From Aequorivita nionensis (GTDB lineage Bacteria; Bacteroidota; Bacteroidia; Flavobacteriales; Flavobacteriaceae), in contig NZ_CP130281.1 of NCBI RefSeq assembly GCF_046352995.1, positions 960,289-1,024,288 on the forward strand: 64,000 nucleotides of DNA, in the 5' to 3' direction. Shown in pieces: positions 9,483 through 18,174 of the stretch. Each line of letters starts with the position of its first letter. Position 1 is the first letter of the stretch. The notes under the pieces were generated by a model. That model was given only the letters and a program-made list of their open reading frames with translations. It was not told the origin of the DNA and searched no databases. The translations under genes were made by a program, and so were the position numbers.

Positions 9483-10808
9483 ATGACTCCATTCGCTGTT
9501 AAAGCTATACAACTACTTTTAAGTCTTTCATTACTTATCGTGCTTCATGAATTAGGGCATTTTATTCCCGCAAAACTTTTCAAAACTAGGGTAGAAAAAT
9601 TTTACCTTTTCTTTGATGTTAAGTTTTCACTCTTCAAAAAGAAAATTGGCGAAACCGTTTACGGTATTGGCTGGTTGCCTTTGGGTGGCTATGTAAAAAT
9701 AGCCGGAATGATAGATGAGAGCATGGACAAGGAACAAATGGCCGGTCCACCACAACCATGGGAATTCCGAAGCAAACCTGCGTGGCAGCGTCTTATTATT
9801 ATGCTTGGTGGGGTTACGGTAAATATTATTGTGGGGTTTGTAATTTATATGGGGATCTTATATTTCTACGGCAGAAATATAACTACTAATGAAGATATTC
9901 CTCAGGGGTTTGCAGTAACCCAACAATTTAAGGAGTACGGTTTTCGTGATGGTGACCACATCTTAACTGTAAACGGTGAGCCGTTTGAGGATGTTATGGA
10001 AATTAACAGATATATGTTTTTACGCGATGTTTCAAAAGTGGAAGTAAAACATAGTGATGGTTCTATTGAATCCATTTCGATCCCTGAAGATGTGGGGACT
10101 AAAATGTTCCAGAATGATTCACATTTTCCTTTCTCACCAATGCGATTAGCTGTGATTGATACTATTTATCCAGATTATCCCGCTAATGATGTTGGGTTTG
10201 AAAAAGGGGATAAAATTATATCAGTAAACGGTAAGCCTATTCAATTTTTTGAAGAATCTACTCCTTTAATAGCAGCAAATGGGAAAAATGAAAATCTAAT
10301 TGTAGTATCAAGAAATAACCAAATTGATAGTATTAAAGTTACTGCAAATGACGAAGGGAAAATTGGTATAAATGCCTTCGGAAAAGAGCTAAAATTAGGT
10401 AAAACTGAAATAAAATATTCCTTGACCGAAAGCATCGTTGGTGGTTTTGGTTATGGCTACAATACCTTGAAGGATTATGTTTCCCAATTTAAATATGTTT
10501 TCACCAAAAAGGGTGCAACACAAGTGGGTGGTTTTGGTGCAATCGGAAATCTTTTTCCAGATGCTTGGGATTGGCAAAGCTTCTGGGCAACCACTGCTCT
10601 AATATCAATAATCCTTGCTTTTATGAACATTCTGCCCATTCCAGCTTTAGATGGCGGGCACGTAATGTTTCTTTTATATGAAATTGTAACAGGCAGAAAG
10701 CCGAACGATAAGTTTATGGAATATGCCCAAATGGTCGGTTTCTTTATTTTGATAGCCTTGGTACTATTTGCCAACGGAAACGATATTTATCGCTGGCTGT
10801 TTGAATAA
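9483..10808 (+). CDS. rseP: RIP metalloprotease RseP (site-2 protease, M50 family, PDZ domains)
   Basis: HELGHF zinc motif in the first TM helix, two PDZ-like regions, and a C-terminal LDGG motif (ALDGGHVMF). Confidence 0.85.
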   Translation: MTPFAVKAIQLLLSLSLLIVLHELGHFIPAKLFKTRVEKFYLFFDVKFSLFKKKIGETVYGIGWLPLGGYVKIAGMIDESMDKEQMAGPPQPWEFRSKPAWQRLIIMLGGVTVNIIVGFVIYMGILYFYGRNITTNEDIPQGFAVTQQFKEYGFRDGDHILTVNGEPFEDVMEINRYMFLRDVSKVEVKHSDGSIESISIPEDVGTKMFQNDSHFPFSPMRLAVIDTIYPDYPANDVGFEKGDKIISVNGKPIQFFEESTPLIAANGKNENLIVVSRNNQIDSIKVTANDEGKIGINAFGKELKLGKTEIKYSLTESIVGGFGYGYNTLKDYVSQFKYVFTKKGATQVGGFGAIGNLFPDAWDWQSFWATTALISIILAFMNILPIPALDGGHVMFLLYEIVTGRKPNDKFMEYAQMVGFFILIALVLFANGNDIYRWLFE

Positions 10809-10835
10809 AGAATCAACAAATAATCTTTTTAAAAA

Positions 10836-10867
10836 TACTTCGGAAAAAAACCGAGGTATTTTTTTTA
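10836..10867 (+). terminator. Rho-independent terminator after rseP
   Basis: TACTTCGG-A7-CCGAGGTA hairpin followed by a T-run. Confidence 0.6.
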
Positions 10868-11061
10868 AAAATTTTTGATGACAATTCCATCGCTTTTTCG
10901 ATGTGCTTAAAATGGCAAAGTTGAGTTTTTGGCTTTTGGGCAATAAAATAGGTGATGGATTAGTTACTTTAAACGAAAAAAAATATCCACTTATCTTAAG
11001 TTGGTCAAAAATTTTAAAACGATTGCAGATAAATTGTATCTTTCTGTATTGTTTTAGAAAA

Positions 11062-11649
11062 ATGCAGACAATCAGCAACCAAAAAATCAAGGATTTGCCA
11101 TTAAACAGAACGACAGTGCTCATTAAACAAAATGACACTGCCACACTAAAGGAATTATACAAAGCAAACTTTACAAAAGTGAAACGCTACGTTCTTAAAA
11201 ACAGTGGCGATGAACAACAAGCAAAGGATGTTTATCAAGAAGCATTTGTGGCAATGTGGCGAAATATTAAAGACGATAAATTTTCTGCGGAAAGCGAAAC
11301 CGCTATTAATGGCTATCTTTTTCAGATTGCAAAATATAAATGGCTAGACCACATAAGATCCGTAAAATATAAAAACACAACATTCATAAATCGTGAAATT
11401 GAATATAACGAACCCGATACAGATGAAAACGAAGTTCAAAATAGAAAGATTAAACTAATAATGGATTCCATAGACCAACTTGGCGAACGCTGCCAGTTGC
11501 TGATGAAACTCTTTTATTTTGAACGAAAATCCTTTAAAGAAATATCTGAATTAATGGCTATGGACGAAGCTTCGGCTCGCAACGCAAAATATCGTTGTCA
11601 AGAACAATTAAAAAAAATGACCCAAAATATCCCCAATGGATTCAAATAA
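11062..11649 (+). CDS. RNA polymerase sigma-70 family ECF sigma factor
   Basis: Region-2-like and region-4-like segments (YQEAFVAMWRN...; LGERCQLLMKLFYFERKSFKEISELM). The listed ORF starts at GTG 10903, but the first ATG (MQTISNQ) at 11062 is the likely start. Confidence 0.8.
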   Translation: MQTISNQKIKDLPLNRTTVLIKQNDTATLKELYKANFTKVKRYVLKNSGDEQQAKDVYQEAFVAMWRNIKDDKFSAESETAINGYLFQIAKYKWLDHIRSVKYKNTTFINREIEYNEPDTDENEVQNRKIKLIMDSIDQLGERCQLLMKLFYFERKSFKEISELMAMDEASARNAKYRCQEQLKKMTQNIPNGFK

Positions 11650-12370
11650 CAAAATACAGAACAATCAGGAAACACAAGAGCTTATAGACGCTTACTTGCT
11701 GGAGGATCTGGACCCAAAGGCCCGTGCCGATTTTGAAGAACGGATGAAACTATTTCCAGACTTTCGTACCTTGGTTGAAGAGCAGAAAGCTATAATTAGA
11801 GGTGTGGAAGAGCACACTCTGAAAAATTCTTTTGAAGATTTTCACTCTGAAATTGTAGAAGAACCAAAAAAGAAGTGGCAATCCCCTAGTTGGTTAGCTT
11901 TGGCCGCCTCTGTTTTGATACTTATTTCAGTAAGTATATGGGCAATTTTTAGTAGTGGAAATTCATCCCAAAAAGTCTTTGCTGCAAATTTTAAACCAGA
12001 CCCTGGCCTCCCAACGACCATGAGCACTTCTTCAAATTATGATTTTTATTACGGAATGGTAAACTACAAACGCAAAGAATACAGCGAAGCCATTTCGCGC
12101 TGGGAGACCCTTTATGCTGCAAATCCAGAGAATGATACGGTGATTTATTTTTTGGGTGTCGCAAATTTGGCAAATGGTAACGCCCGCCAAGCAAAAAAAT
12201 ACCTTCAATCGGCAAAGGAAAAACCCGAAAGTGCTTTTTATGAAGACGCACAGTACTATTTAGCATTGGCCCTTTTAAAGGAAAACAAAATAGAAGAGGC
12301 CAAACAAGCGCTGGCCGAAAGTACTTCTCCGGCCAGCATAGTGCTTCTTAAAGAAATAAAATCTTTATAA
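11636..12370 (+). CDS. Putative anti-sigma factor (N-terminal cytoplasmic domain, single TM, periplasmic TPR-like domain)
   Basis: Overlaps the sigma gene by 14 nt, implying translational coupling. It has a TM segment (WLALAASVLILISVSIWAIF) and a TPR-like C-terminus. Confidence 0.6.
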   Translation: MDSNNKIQNNQETQELIDAYLLEDLDPKARADFEERMKLFPDFRTLVEEQKAIIRGVEEHTLKNSFEDFHSEIVEEPKKKWQSPSWLALAASVLILISVSIWAIFSSGNSSQKVFAANFKPDPGLPTTMSTSSNYDFYYGMVNYKRKEYSEAISRWETLYAANPENDTVIYFLGVANLANGNARQAKKYLQSAKEKPESAFYEDAQYYLALALLKENKIEEAKQALAESTSPASIVLLKEIKSL

Positions 12371-12436
12371 TTTTTCCGAAACTTTCTTATTTTCCGAACT
12401 TTAAAAAAACAAAATCAATAAAGTTTTATTTTTTAT

Positions 12437-12464
12437 TTTGACGGAATTAAAAAATAGGTATATT
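12437..12464 (+). promoter_or_regulatory. Candidate promoter for tRNA-Asn (TTG ... TATATTTG)
   Basis: A -7 box TATATTTG (TAnnTTTG consensus) lies about 20 nt 5' of the tRNA, with a TTG about 20 nt further upstream. Confidence 0.3.
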
Positions 12465-12484
12465 TGCAACCGCTAACGCAAAAT

Positions 12485-12558
12485 TCCTCCTTAGCTCAGT
12501 TGGTTAGAGCATCTGACTGTTAATCAGAGGGTCCTTGGTTCGAGCCCAAGAGGAGGAG
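12485..12558 (+). tRNA. tRNA-Asn (anticodon GTT)
   Basis: Manual cloverleaf: acceptor TCCTCCT/AGGAGGA, D-arm GCTC-AGTTGGTTAG-AGC, anticodon stem TCTGA/TCAGA with loop CTGTTAA, and T-arm CTTGG-TTCGAGC-CCAAG. Confidence 0.9.
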
Positions 12559-12568
12559 CACAGTTAGA

Positions 12569-12606
12569 CAAAGCCTTTACAGAAATGTAAAGGCTTTTGT
12601 GTTTTA
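12569..12606 (+). terminator. Rho-independent terminator after tRNA-Asn
   Basis: AAAGCCTTTACA-GAAA-TGTAAAGGCTTT hairpin followed by a T-rich run. Confidence 0.6.
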
Positions 12607-12729
12607 GATGGGGCAAACAAAGCTTAATACTTTCCATTTCCACAAAACTCCTTTAAACCAATTTTTTTTTGACGCGAACCCAATTGCAATTAGAATAAAA
12701 TTTTGCTTTATTTTTAATTCAAAAAAGCT

Positions 12730-13719
12730 ATGTATCAAAGAAAGAAGCACGGAAAAGGGTTTACCTATAAAGACAAAAACGGTAAGACTATTAAAGATGA
12801 AGAAATCCGAGAATGGATAAAATTATTAGTGATTCCACCTGCTTGGACAGATGTTGAAATTAATGAAAACCGAAAAGCAGATTTATTGGTTACTGGGAGG
12901 GACGACAAAGACCGCAAACAATATATCTATCACCCTAAATATACGGAACGCCAAAACGCTAAAAAGTTTGATCGGATTATAGATTTTGCTGATAAACTGG
13001 AACATATGCGCCGGGTTACTGGACAGCATTTACGCAAACGAAAACTAAATCGTGAAAAAGTGATGGCCACCATGGTCCGGCTTTTAGAATCGGCTTTCTT
13101 TCGGCCAGGTAGCGAGGCATATTCCAAGGAAAATGCAACGTACGGTTTAACTACTATGAGAAGTAAACATTTAACCATCAAAGGAGACGAGCTCATATTT
13201 TCATACAATGGAAAATCTGGGCAAGACCAAGAAAAGCATATAGTTAATAAAAAACTCGCTAAAATTGTAAAAGAGATTGACGAAATGCCAGGCTATGAAA
13301 TTTTTAAATATCTTGATGAGGATGACAAAATTGTTGATGTAAAAAGTGATGATCTAAACAGCTATATTCAAGAAGTAATGGGAGAAGGATTTTCTGCCAA
13401 GGATTTTAGAACCTGGGCAGGAACGATGATAGCTGCCATAGCATTGGATGAGCTAGGAGTAGTAGATAAAAAGGACCAGAAACTTTTAGACAATAACATA
13501 AAAGAAGCCGTGAATTTAGTTTCGGAAAGATTGGGCAATACGCCTTCAGTAGCACGCAGCTCCTACATTGACCCACGTATTATAGAAGATTACACAAATG
13601 GCCGCACCCTGCAATATTTTGAAAAAGAAATTAGCCAATTGCTGAAAAAGGCCGAAAATTTATCCAAGGAAGAAATTGGAGTTTTATGTTTACTTCGCAA
13701 TCGATTAAAGAAGAAATAG
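12730..13719 (+). CDS. Type IB DNA topoisomerase (poxvirus/eukaryote-like TopIB)
   Basis: 329 aa with the ...IPPAWTDV... segment, a Lys/Arg-rich catalytic core, and a C-terminal S-Y-I-D-P containing the probable catalytic Tyr. Size and motifs fit bacterial TopIB. Confidence 0.7.
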   Translation: MYQRKKHGKGFTYKDKNGKTIKDEEIREWIKLLVIPPAWTDVEINENRKADLLVTGRDDKDRKQYIYHPKYTERQNAKKFDRIIDFADKLEHMRRVTGQHLRKRKLNREKVMATMVRLLESAFFRPGSEAYSKENATYGLTTMRSKHLTIKGDELIFSYNGKSGQDQEKHIVNKKLAKIVKEIDEMPGYEIFKYLDEDDKIVDVKSDDLNSYIQEVMGEGFSAKDFRTWAGTMIAAIALDELGVVDKKDQKLLDNNIKEAVNLVSERLGNTPSVARSSYIDPRIIEDYTNGRTLQYFEKEISQLLKKAENLSKEEIGVLCLLRNRLKKK

Positions 13720-14154
13720 AAAATTGTCTATTGCAAAGTGTTCAGTTTAAACCTTATTCTGAGTTTAAATAAATCTGAAACGCCCTCTTTATTAATGGAG
13801 AGTATAGAAATTTCCTAAATTATATAACTAATTCAATTCAAGGAAATAACTTCAAGTTATCGGTATTTTAAAAGTTTATTTGAATTCTTAAAATAGCTTT
13901 TCGAATATCAACTTGAATTTCAACAATGGGTTGAAATAAAAAATGTTTTTTACTAAAATTTGGTAGATCTGCTTCCTCCATTTACCAAAATATGATTACA
14001 ATTCTTTTATAAACCTACTGAATTCAAATCTTTTCAGATTTTTCAAAATTGTTGATAAACATTGGACAACAATTTTAGTCCCCCATTTAATAATGCCAAT
14101 TATATTTTAATATTTATACTTCAAATTTATTTCTAATTTTTAGTACTCATTTCC

Positions 14155-15429
14155 ATGGAAATTACCCACGTTATAAAAAGAGATTCAACCACGAAACTAT
14201 TTCATTTACAAAAGATTACGGATGCAATTTTAAAAGCGATGACCGCTGCAAAACACGGTGGGCCAGAAGAAGCGCAACTCATCTCTGAGAATGTTTACAA
14301 AGCACTTTTGGAAAGAAAAAGAGTGGATGGAAAATATATACCCACGGTTGAGGAGGTTCAGGATTTTGTGGAAACCAAATTGATGGAAAGCGGATTTTTT
14401 GATGTAGCAAAAAGATACATTCTTTATAGAAATCAGCAGACCCAAAAACGTAAACTAAACATATTCGAAAAACGGATAAATTTAAAACCATATGAATATC
14501 CTGCACTTTATGAATATGTGCCAGCCATCCGCCATTCATATTGGATACATACCGAATTCAACTTTACAAGCGATATTCAGGATTTCAAAACGCGTCTTTC
14601 GGAAGTAGAACGAAGTGCTATTAAAAACACCATGCTCGCCATCTCGCAGATTGAAGTGGCAGTAAAGAGTTTTTGGGGCGATATTTATCACAGAATGCCA
14701 AAACCAGAAATTGGTTCTGTAGGCGCAACCTTTGCAGAAAGTGAAGTGCGCCATCACGATGCCTATTCACACTTACTTGAAATATTGGGACTTAATGAGG
14801 AGTTTCAAAACCTAAAGAAGAAACCGGTGATTATGATGCGGGTCCATTACCTGGAAACCGCTCTTAAAAATGCAAAAAGTGACGATAATAAGGAATATGC
14901 CGAATCTATTTTGCTGTTCTCTCTCTTTATTGAGCACGTTTCCCTGTTCTCACAATTTTTAATCATAATGGCCTTTAACAAGCATAAAAATATGCTGAAA
15001 GGAATTTCAAATGTTGTGGAAGCTACTTCTAAAGAAGAACAGATTCACGGTGATTTCGGAATTGATATTATAAAAATAATCAAGGAAGAAAATCCAGAAT
15101 GGTTTGATGAAAGCTACAATAGCGTGATTCAGGAAGTTTGTAGAGAGGCCTTTATGGCTGAAAGCAGAATTGTAGATTGGATTTTTGAGGATGGCGAACT
15201 TGACTTTCTACCAAAAGCCGTTGTAAATGAATTTATAAAAAACCGTTTCAACAATTCCCTTGAGAGTATCGGAATTGGAAAAATATTTGAGATAGACGAA
15301 AGCCTTTTGGCTCAGACCGAATGGTTTGATGATGAAATTATTGGCACCAAGCATGGCGATTTCTTCGTAAAACGCTCTATCAATTACAGCAAAAGAACCC
15401 AAAGTATAACCAGTGATGACCTTTTTTAA
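14155..15429 (+). CDS. nrdB: Class I ribonucleotide reductase radical-generating subunit NrdB with N-terminal ATP-cone domain
   Basis: Residues ~1-95 are an ATP-cone (VIKRDSTTKLFHLQKITDAI...). The rest is a ferritin-like R2 with metal-ligand motifs (ESEVRHHDAYSHLL; FIEHVSLFSQF). The gene follows a 435-bp leader. Confidence 0.85.
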   Translation: MEITHVIKRDSTTKLFHLQKITDAILKAMTAAKHGGPEEAQLISENVYKALLERKRVDGKYIPTVEEVQDFVETKLMESGFFDVAKRYILYRNQQTQKRKLNIFEKRINLKPYEYPALYEYVPAIRHSYWIHTEFNFTSDIQDFKTRLSEVERSAIKNTMLAISQIEVAVKSFWGDIYHRMPKPEIGSVGATFAESEVRHHDAYSHLLEILGLNEEFQNLKKKPVIMMRVHYLETALKNAKSDDNKEYAESILLFSLFIEHVSLFSQFLIIMAFNKHKNMLKGISNVVEATSKEEQIHGDFGIDIIKIIKEENPEWFDESYNSVIQEVCREAFMAESRIVDWIFEDGELDFLPKAVVNEFIKNRFNNSLESIGIGKIFEIDESLLAQTEWFDDEIIGTKHGDFFVKRSINYSKRTQSITSDDLF

Positions 15430-17220
15430 ATGAACGAACTAAATCAACACCTCGACACTCAGACTTCAAAAACAAATTCAGAAACCAATAACCTTGTAAA
15501 CGCTCGAAAAGAAGCGCTCCATCAAACTGGAGAAAAAGAAAAACAAGGATTTGAATGGCTTACCGAACACAGTCGTAATTTTTTAGCCTCAGGTTATATT
15601 GCTCCTGGTGTTAGTGCGGAAGAACGTATTCGCGAAATAGCAGACAGAGCCGAACAAATATTAGGAATTCCAGGTTATTCAGACAAGTTCTATAAGTATA
15701 TGTCTCAAGGCTTTTTCTCTTTGGCATCTCCTGTTTGGTCTAACTTCGGAAAGAAAAGAGGGCTTCCAATAAGTTGTTTCGGATCACATATAGACGATGA
15801 TATGGGCAACATTCTATACACCCAATCTGAAGTTGGTATGATGTCTAAACTTGGTGGTGGTACATCAGGTTATTTTGGGAAAATCCGTCATCGCGGAGCT
15901 GAGGTAAAAAACAATGGGCAAGCTTCTGGTGCTGTTCACATTATGCAATTATTTGAATCTATGGTTGATGTGGTGAGCCAAGGTTCGGTTAGACGTGGCC
16001 GTTTTTCTCCCTATTTACCAGTGGAACATCCAGATATTATGGAGTTTTTGGAAATCGGTACCGAAGGAAACCCAATTCAAGAGTTAACTCACGGCGTAAC
16101 CGTAACCAATCAATGGATGGAACAAATGGTAGATGGCGACGAAGAAAAACGTGCAATTTGGGCAAAAGTACTTCAGCGTAGAGGCGAAATGGGCTATCCC
16201 TATATTTTCTTTAAAGACAATGCCAATAATTTTGCAGTAGATGTTTATAAGGATAAAAACCTTCCTATATATGCCAGCAATCTTTGCACTGAAATAATGC
16301 TACCATCAAATGACAATTGGTCTTTTGTTTGCGTGCTTTCTTCAGTAAACCTACTTCACTATGACAAGTGGAAAGATACCGATGCAGTGGAAACCATGGT
16401 TTATTTCTTAGACGCTGTAATAACTGAATTCCTTGATAAATTAGAAGACTATCGCGACTCAGAAAGTAGAGAGGATCGCCAAACTTTTCTATTTATGGAA
16501 AGAGCCTACAACTTTGCAAAAGACAATCGTGCTTTAGGACTTGGAGTTTTAGGCTGGCATTCGTTACTACAATCGAAAATGCTTCCGCTTAACAGTCAGA
16601 AAGCTTATGATTTGAACAGTGAAATTTTTAGAGTTATTAAGGAGAAATCCTATAAGGCCTCAGAAGAGTTAGCTGAAAAATTTGGAGAGCCTGCAGTGCT
16701 TAAAGGCTACGGAAGACGCAATGCAACTCTTAATGCAATAGCTCCAACAACATCATCTGCCTTCATTTTAGGGCAAGTTTCACAGGGAATAGAACCAATA
16801 TGGTCCAATGTGTATGTGAAGGATATCGCCAAGATAAAAACAACCATTAAAAATCCATTTTTGGAGCAATTGCTTGAAGAAAAAGGAATGAACACTTTGG
16901 AGGTATGGCGAAATATTCGCGATTACGACGGCTCCGTTCAGCATCTTGATTTCTTGACAGATAAAGAAAAGGATGTATTTAAAACCTATTCTGAAATAGA
17001 TCAAATGGATCTAATTTATCAAGCAGCAAACCGTCAAAATCATATTGACCAAGGACAGTCGGTAAACATTATAGTACATCCTGAAATGCCTGTGAAAGAA
17101 ATAAATAAAATTCACGTGACCGCTTGGAAACTTGGATTGAAATCTCTTTACTATCAACACAGTATGAATGCCGCTCAAAAATTTGCACAGAAAAAAGACT
17201 GTGCAAGTTGTGAGGCATAA
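15430..17220 (+). CDS. nrdA: Class I ribonucleotide reductase catalytic subunit NrdA, short form lacking an ATP-cone
   Basis: 596 aa with the catalytic NLCTEIMLPS motif and a C-terminal CASCEA cysteine pair. It has no N-terminal ATP-cone and starts 1 nt after the nrdB stop. Confidence 0.85.
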   Translation: MNELNQHLDTQTSKTNSETNNLVNARKEALHQTGEKEKQGFEWLTEHSRNFLASGYIAPGVSAEERIREIADRAEQILGIPGYSDKFYKYMSQGFFSLASPVWSNFGKKRGLPISCFGSHIDDDMGNILYTQSEVGMMSKLGGGTSGYFGKIRHRGAEVKNNGQASGAVHIMQLFESMVDVVSQGSVRRGRFSPYLPVEHPDIMEFLEIGTEGNPIQELTHGVTVTNQWMEQMVDGDEEKRAIWAKVLQRRGEMGYPYIFFKDNANNFAVDVYKDKNLPIYASNLCTEIMLPSNDNWSFVCVLSSVNLLHYDKWKDTDAVETMVYFLDAVITEFLDKLEDYRDSESREDRQTFLFMERAYNFAKDNRALGLGVLGWHSLLQSKMLPLNSQKAYDLNSEIFRVIKEKSYKASEELAEKFGEPAVLKGYGRRNATLNAIAPTTSSAFILGQVSQGIEPIWSNVYVKDIAKIKTTIKNPFLEQLLEEKGMNTLEVWRNIRDYDGSVQHLDFLTDKEKDVFKTYSEIDQMDLIYQAANRQNHIDQGQSVNIIVHPEMPVKEINKIHVTAWKLGLKSLYYQHSMNAAQKFAQKKDCASCEA

Positions 17221-17265
17221 ACTTCGGAATTAAAAAATTTTTATAAACTCAACAGTAATTAAATA

Positions 17266-17306
17266 AAAGGATAGGTTCAAAAATAGCTGAGCCTATCCTT
17301 TTTTAT
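17266..17306 (+). terminator. Rho-independent terminator after nrdA
   Basis: GGATAGG...CCTATCC hairpin followed by a T6 run. Confidence 0.55.
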
Positions 17307-17372
17307 TCATAGATACATTAAAAGAAGACCACAAGAAAGATCAAAAATATTTAAATTTGCCCCAGTAATATA

Positions 17373-17463
17373 GGCCTCATAGTTCAATGGATAGAATAGC
17401 CCCGAAGCCTCGGGGTCCTAAACTTTAGATCCAAAACCACTAACCTTACCATCTTTGAGGCTG
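17373..17463 (+). pseudogene. tRNA-Arg(CCT)-like pseudo-tRNA: intact acceptor and D-arm, 5' anticodon-stem strand replaced by the CCCCGAAGCCTCGGGG hairpin, T-arm absent
   Basis: GGCCTCA-TA-GTTCAATGGATAGAAT-A-G[CCCCGAAGCCTCGGGG]TCCTAAACTTTAGATCC...TGAGGCT aligns along the functional tRNA-Arg(CCT) at 17942 except in the replaced segments. Confidence 0.5.
17400..17415 (+). repeat. GC-rich hairpin repeat CCCCGA-AGCC-TCGGGG (copy 1 of 3)
   Basis: The same 6-bp stem with a 4-nt loop occurs at 18070-18086 and 30620-30635. All three copies sit inside tRNA-like sequences. Confidence 0.6.
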
Positions 17464-17538
17464 CCTAAAGTGTCCTGACACCTTGTAATCATTGAACATA
17501 TATAATTCCGTACATTTGGTATTTACTATTTTTCCAGC

Positions 17539-17820
17539 ATGCATTATCTGTATATAATTTATTCCGAGAGTTTAAATAAATATTATATTGGTGAATCTCC
17601 AGATATCTTAAGGCGTTTAGATCAACATAACAAACATTATTTTCAGAAAAGTTTTACAAAAGCTGCAAATGATTGGAAATTTTCGTTGACATATCAATGT
17701 GAAAATAAAATACAAGCTTTATTTCTAGAAAAATTTATAAAAAGAATGAAGAGTAGGATTTTTATTGAAAAAATCATTGGTAACCCACATATACTTTCAG
17801 AAATATTAAAAAAGATGTAG
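17539..17820 (+). CDS. Small GIY-YIG nuclease-domain protein (URI-domain, YhbQ/COG2827-like)
   Basis: YIIYSESLNKYYIGESPDILRRLDQHN matches the GIY-(x10)-YIG...R...H core. The gene is very AT-rich and sits between a pseudo-tRNA and tRNA-Arg. Confidence 0.7.
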   Translation: MHYLYIIYSESLNKYYIGESPDILRRLDQHNKHYFQKSFTKAANDWKFSLTYQCENKIQALFLEKFIKRMKSRIFIEKIIGNPHILSEILKKM

Positions 17821-17941
17821 CTCTACCTTTCCAAATTTATTAACTCGCAACAACATTGATGAAGAGTAGGTCTTTGATTCCTATAGCTTGAAAAATGACT
17901 AGCGGTTTATTAAAAATACCTAAATTTAAACCCTCAAATAA

Positions 17942-18013
17942 GGTCCCATAGTTCAAGGGATAGAATAGGAGTTTCCTAAACTCTAGATCCAGGTTCGAGT
18001 CCTGGTGGGATCA
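17942..18013 (+). tRNA. tRNA-Arg (anticodon CCT)
   Basis: Manual cloverleaf: acceptor GGTCCCA/TGGGATC, D-arm GTTC-AAGGGATA-GAAT, anticodon stem GGAGT/ACTCT with loop TTCCTAA, and T-arm CCAGG-TTCGAGT-CCTGG. Confidence 0.85.
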
Positions 18014-18051
18014 CTAACTTTGGTCAAGGAATAACCCCAAAATGTCGGGAT

Positions 18052-18098
18052 TCTATTTAGATCCAAGTTCCCCCGATCCTTCGGGGTTGGTGAGGCTA
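18052..18098 (+). pseudogene. tRNA 3'-fragment (anticodon 3' strand, variable region, modified T-arm carrying hairpin CCCCGA-TCCT-TCGGGG, acceptor 3' strand TGAGGCT-A)
   Basis: It shares TTTAGATCCAA and TGAGGCT with the pseudo-tRNA at 17373. The T-arm is CCAA-GTTC-[hairpin]-TTGG, the same architecture as the Asp-like gene at 30612. Confidence 0.4.
18070..18086 (+). repeat. GC-rich hairpin repeat CCCCGA-TCCT-TCGGGG (copy 2 of 3)
   Basis: The stem is identical to copies 1 and 3 while the loop differs (TCCT versus AGCC). Confidence 0.55.
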
Positions 18099-18100
18099 CA

Positions 18101-18133
18101 AAAAACCGTTCCTTTTTAGAACGGTTTTTTTTT
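18101..18133. terminator. Bidirectional rho-independent terminator (AACCGTTC...GAACGGTT flanked by A-run and T-run)
   Basis: 8-bp stem with an A5 run upstream and a T9 run downstream. It serves the minus-strand dehydrogenase gene and plus-strand tRNA transcripts. Confidence 0.6.
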
Positions 18134-18174
18134 AAATCTAAACTTGAATAACGATTGCTCCTAAAGAGTTAAAA

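Noticed and set aside
10903-11061. N-terminal 53-codon extension of the ECF sigma ORF starting at GTG 10903
   Set aside because: The extension is hydrophobic and low-complexity and has no sigma-factor homology. The first ATG (MQTISNQ) gives a typical ~195-aa ECF sigma.
12608-12820. 70-aa ORF overlapping the tRNA terminator and the topoisomerase IB start
   Set aside because: It overlaps a better-supported gene start and a terminator hairpin, and the protein is low-complexity. Likely spurious.
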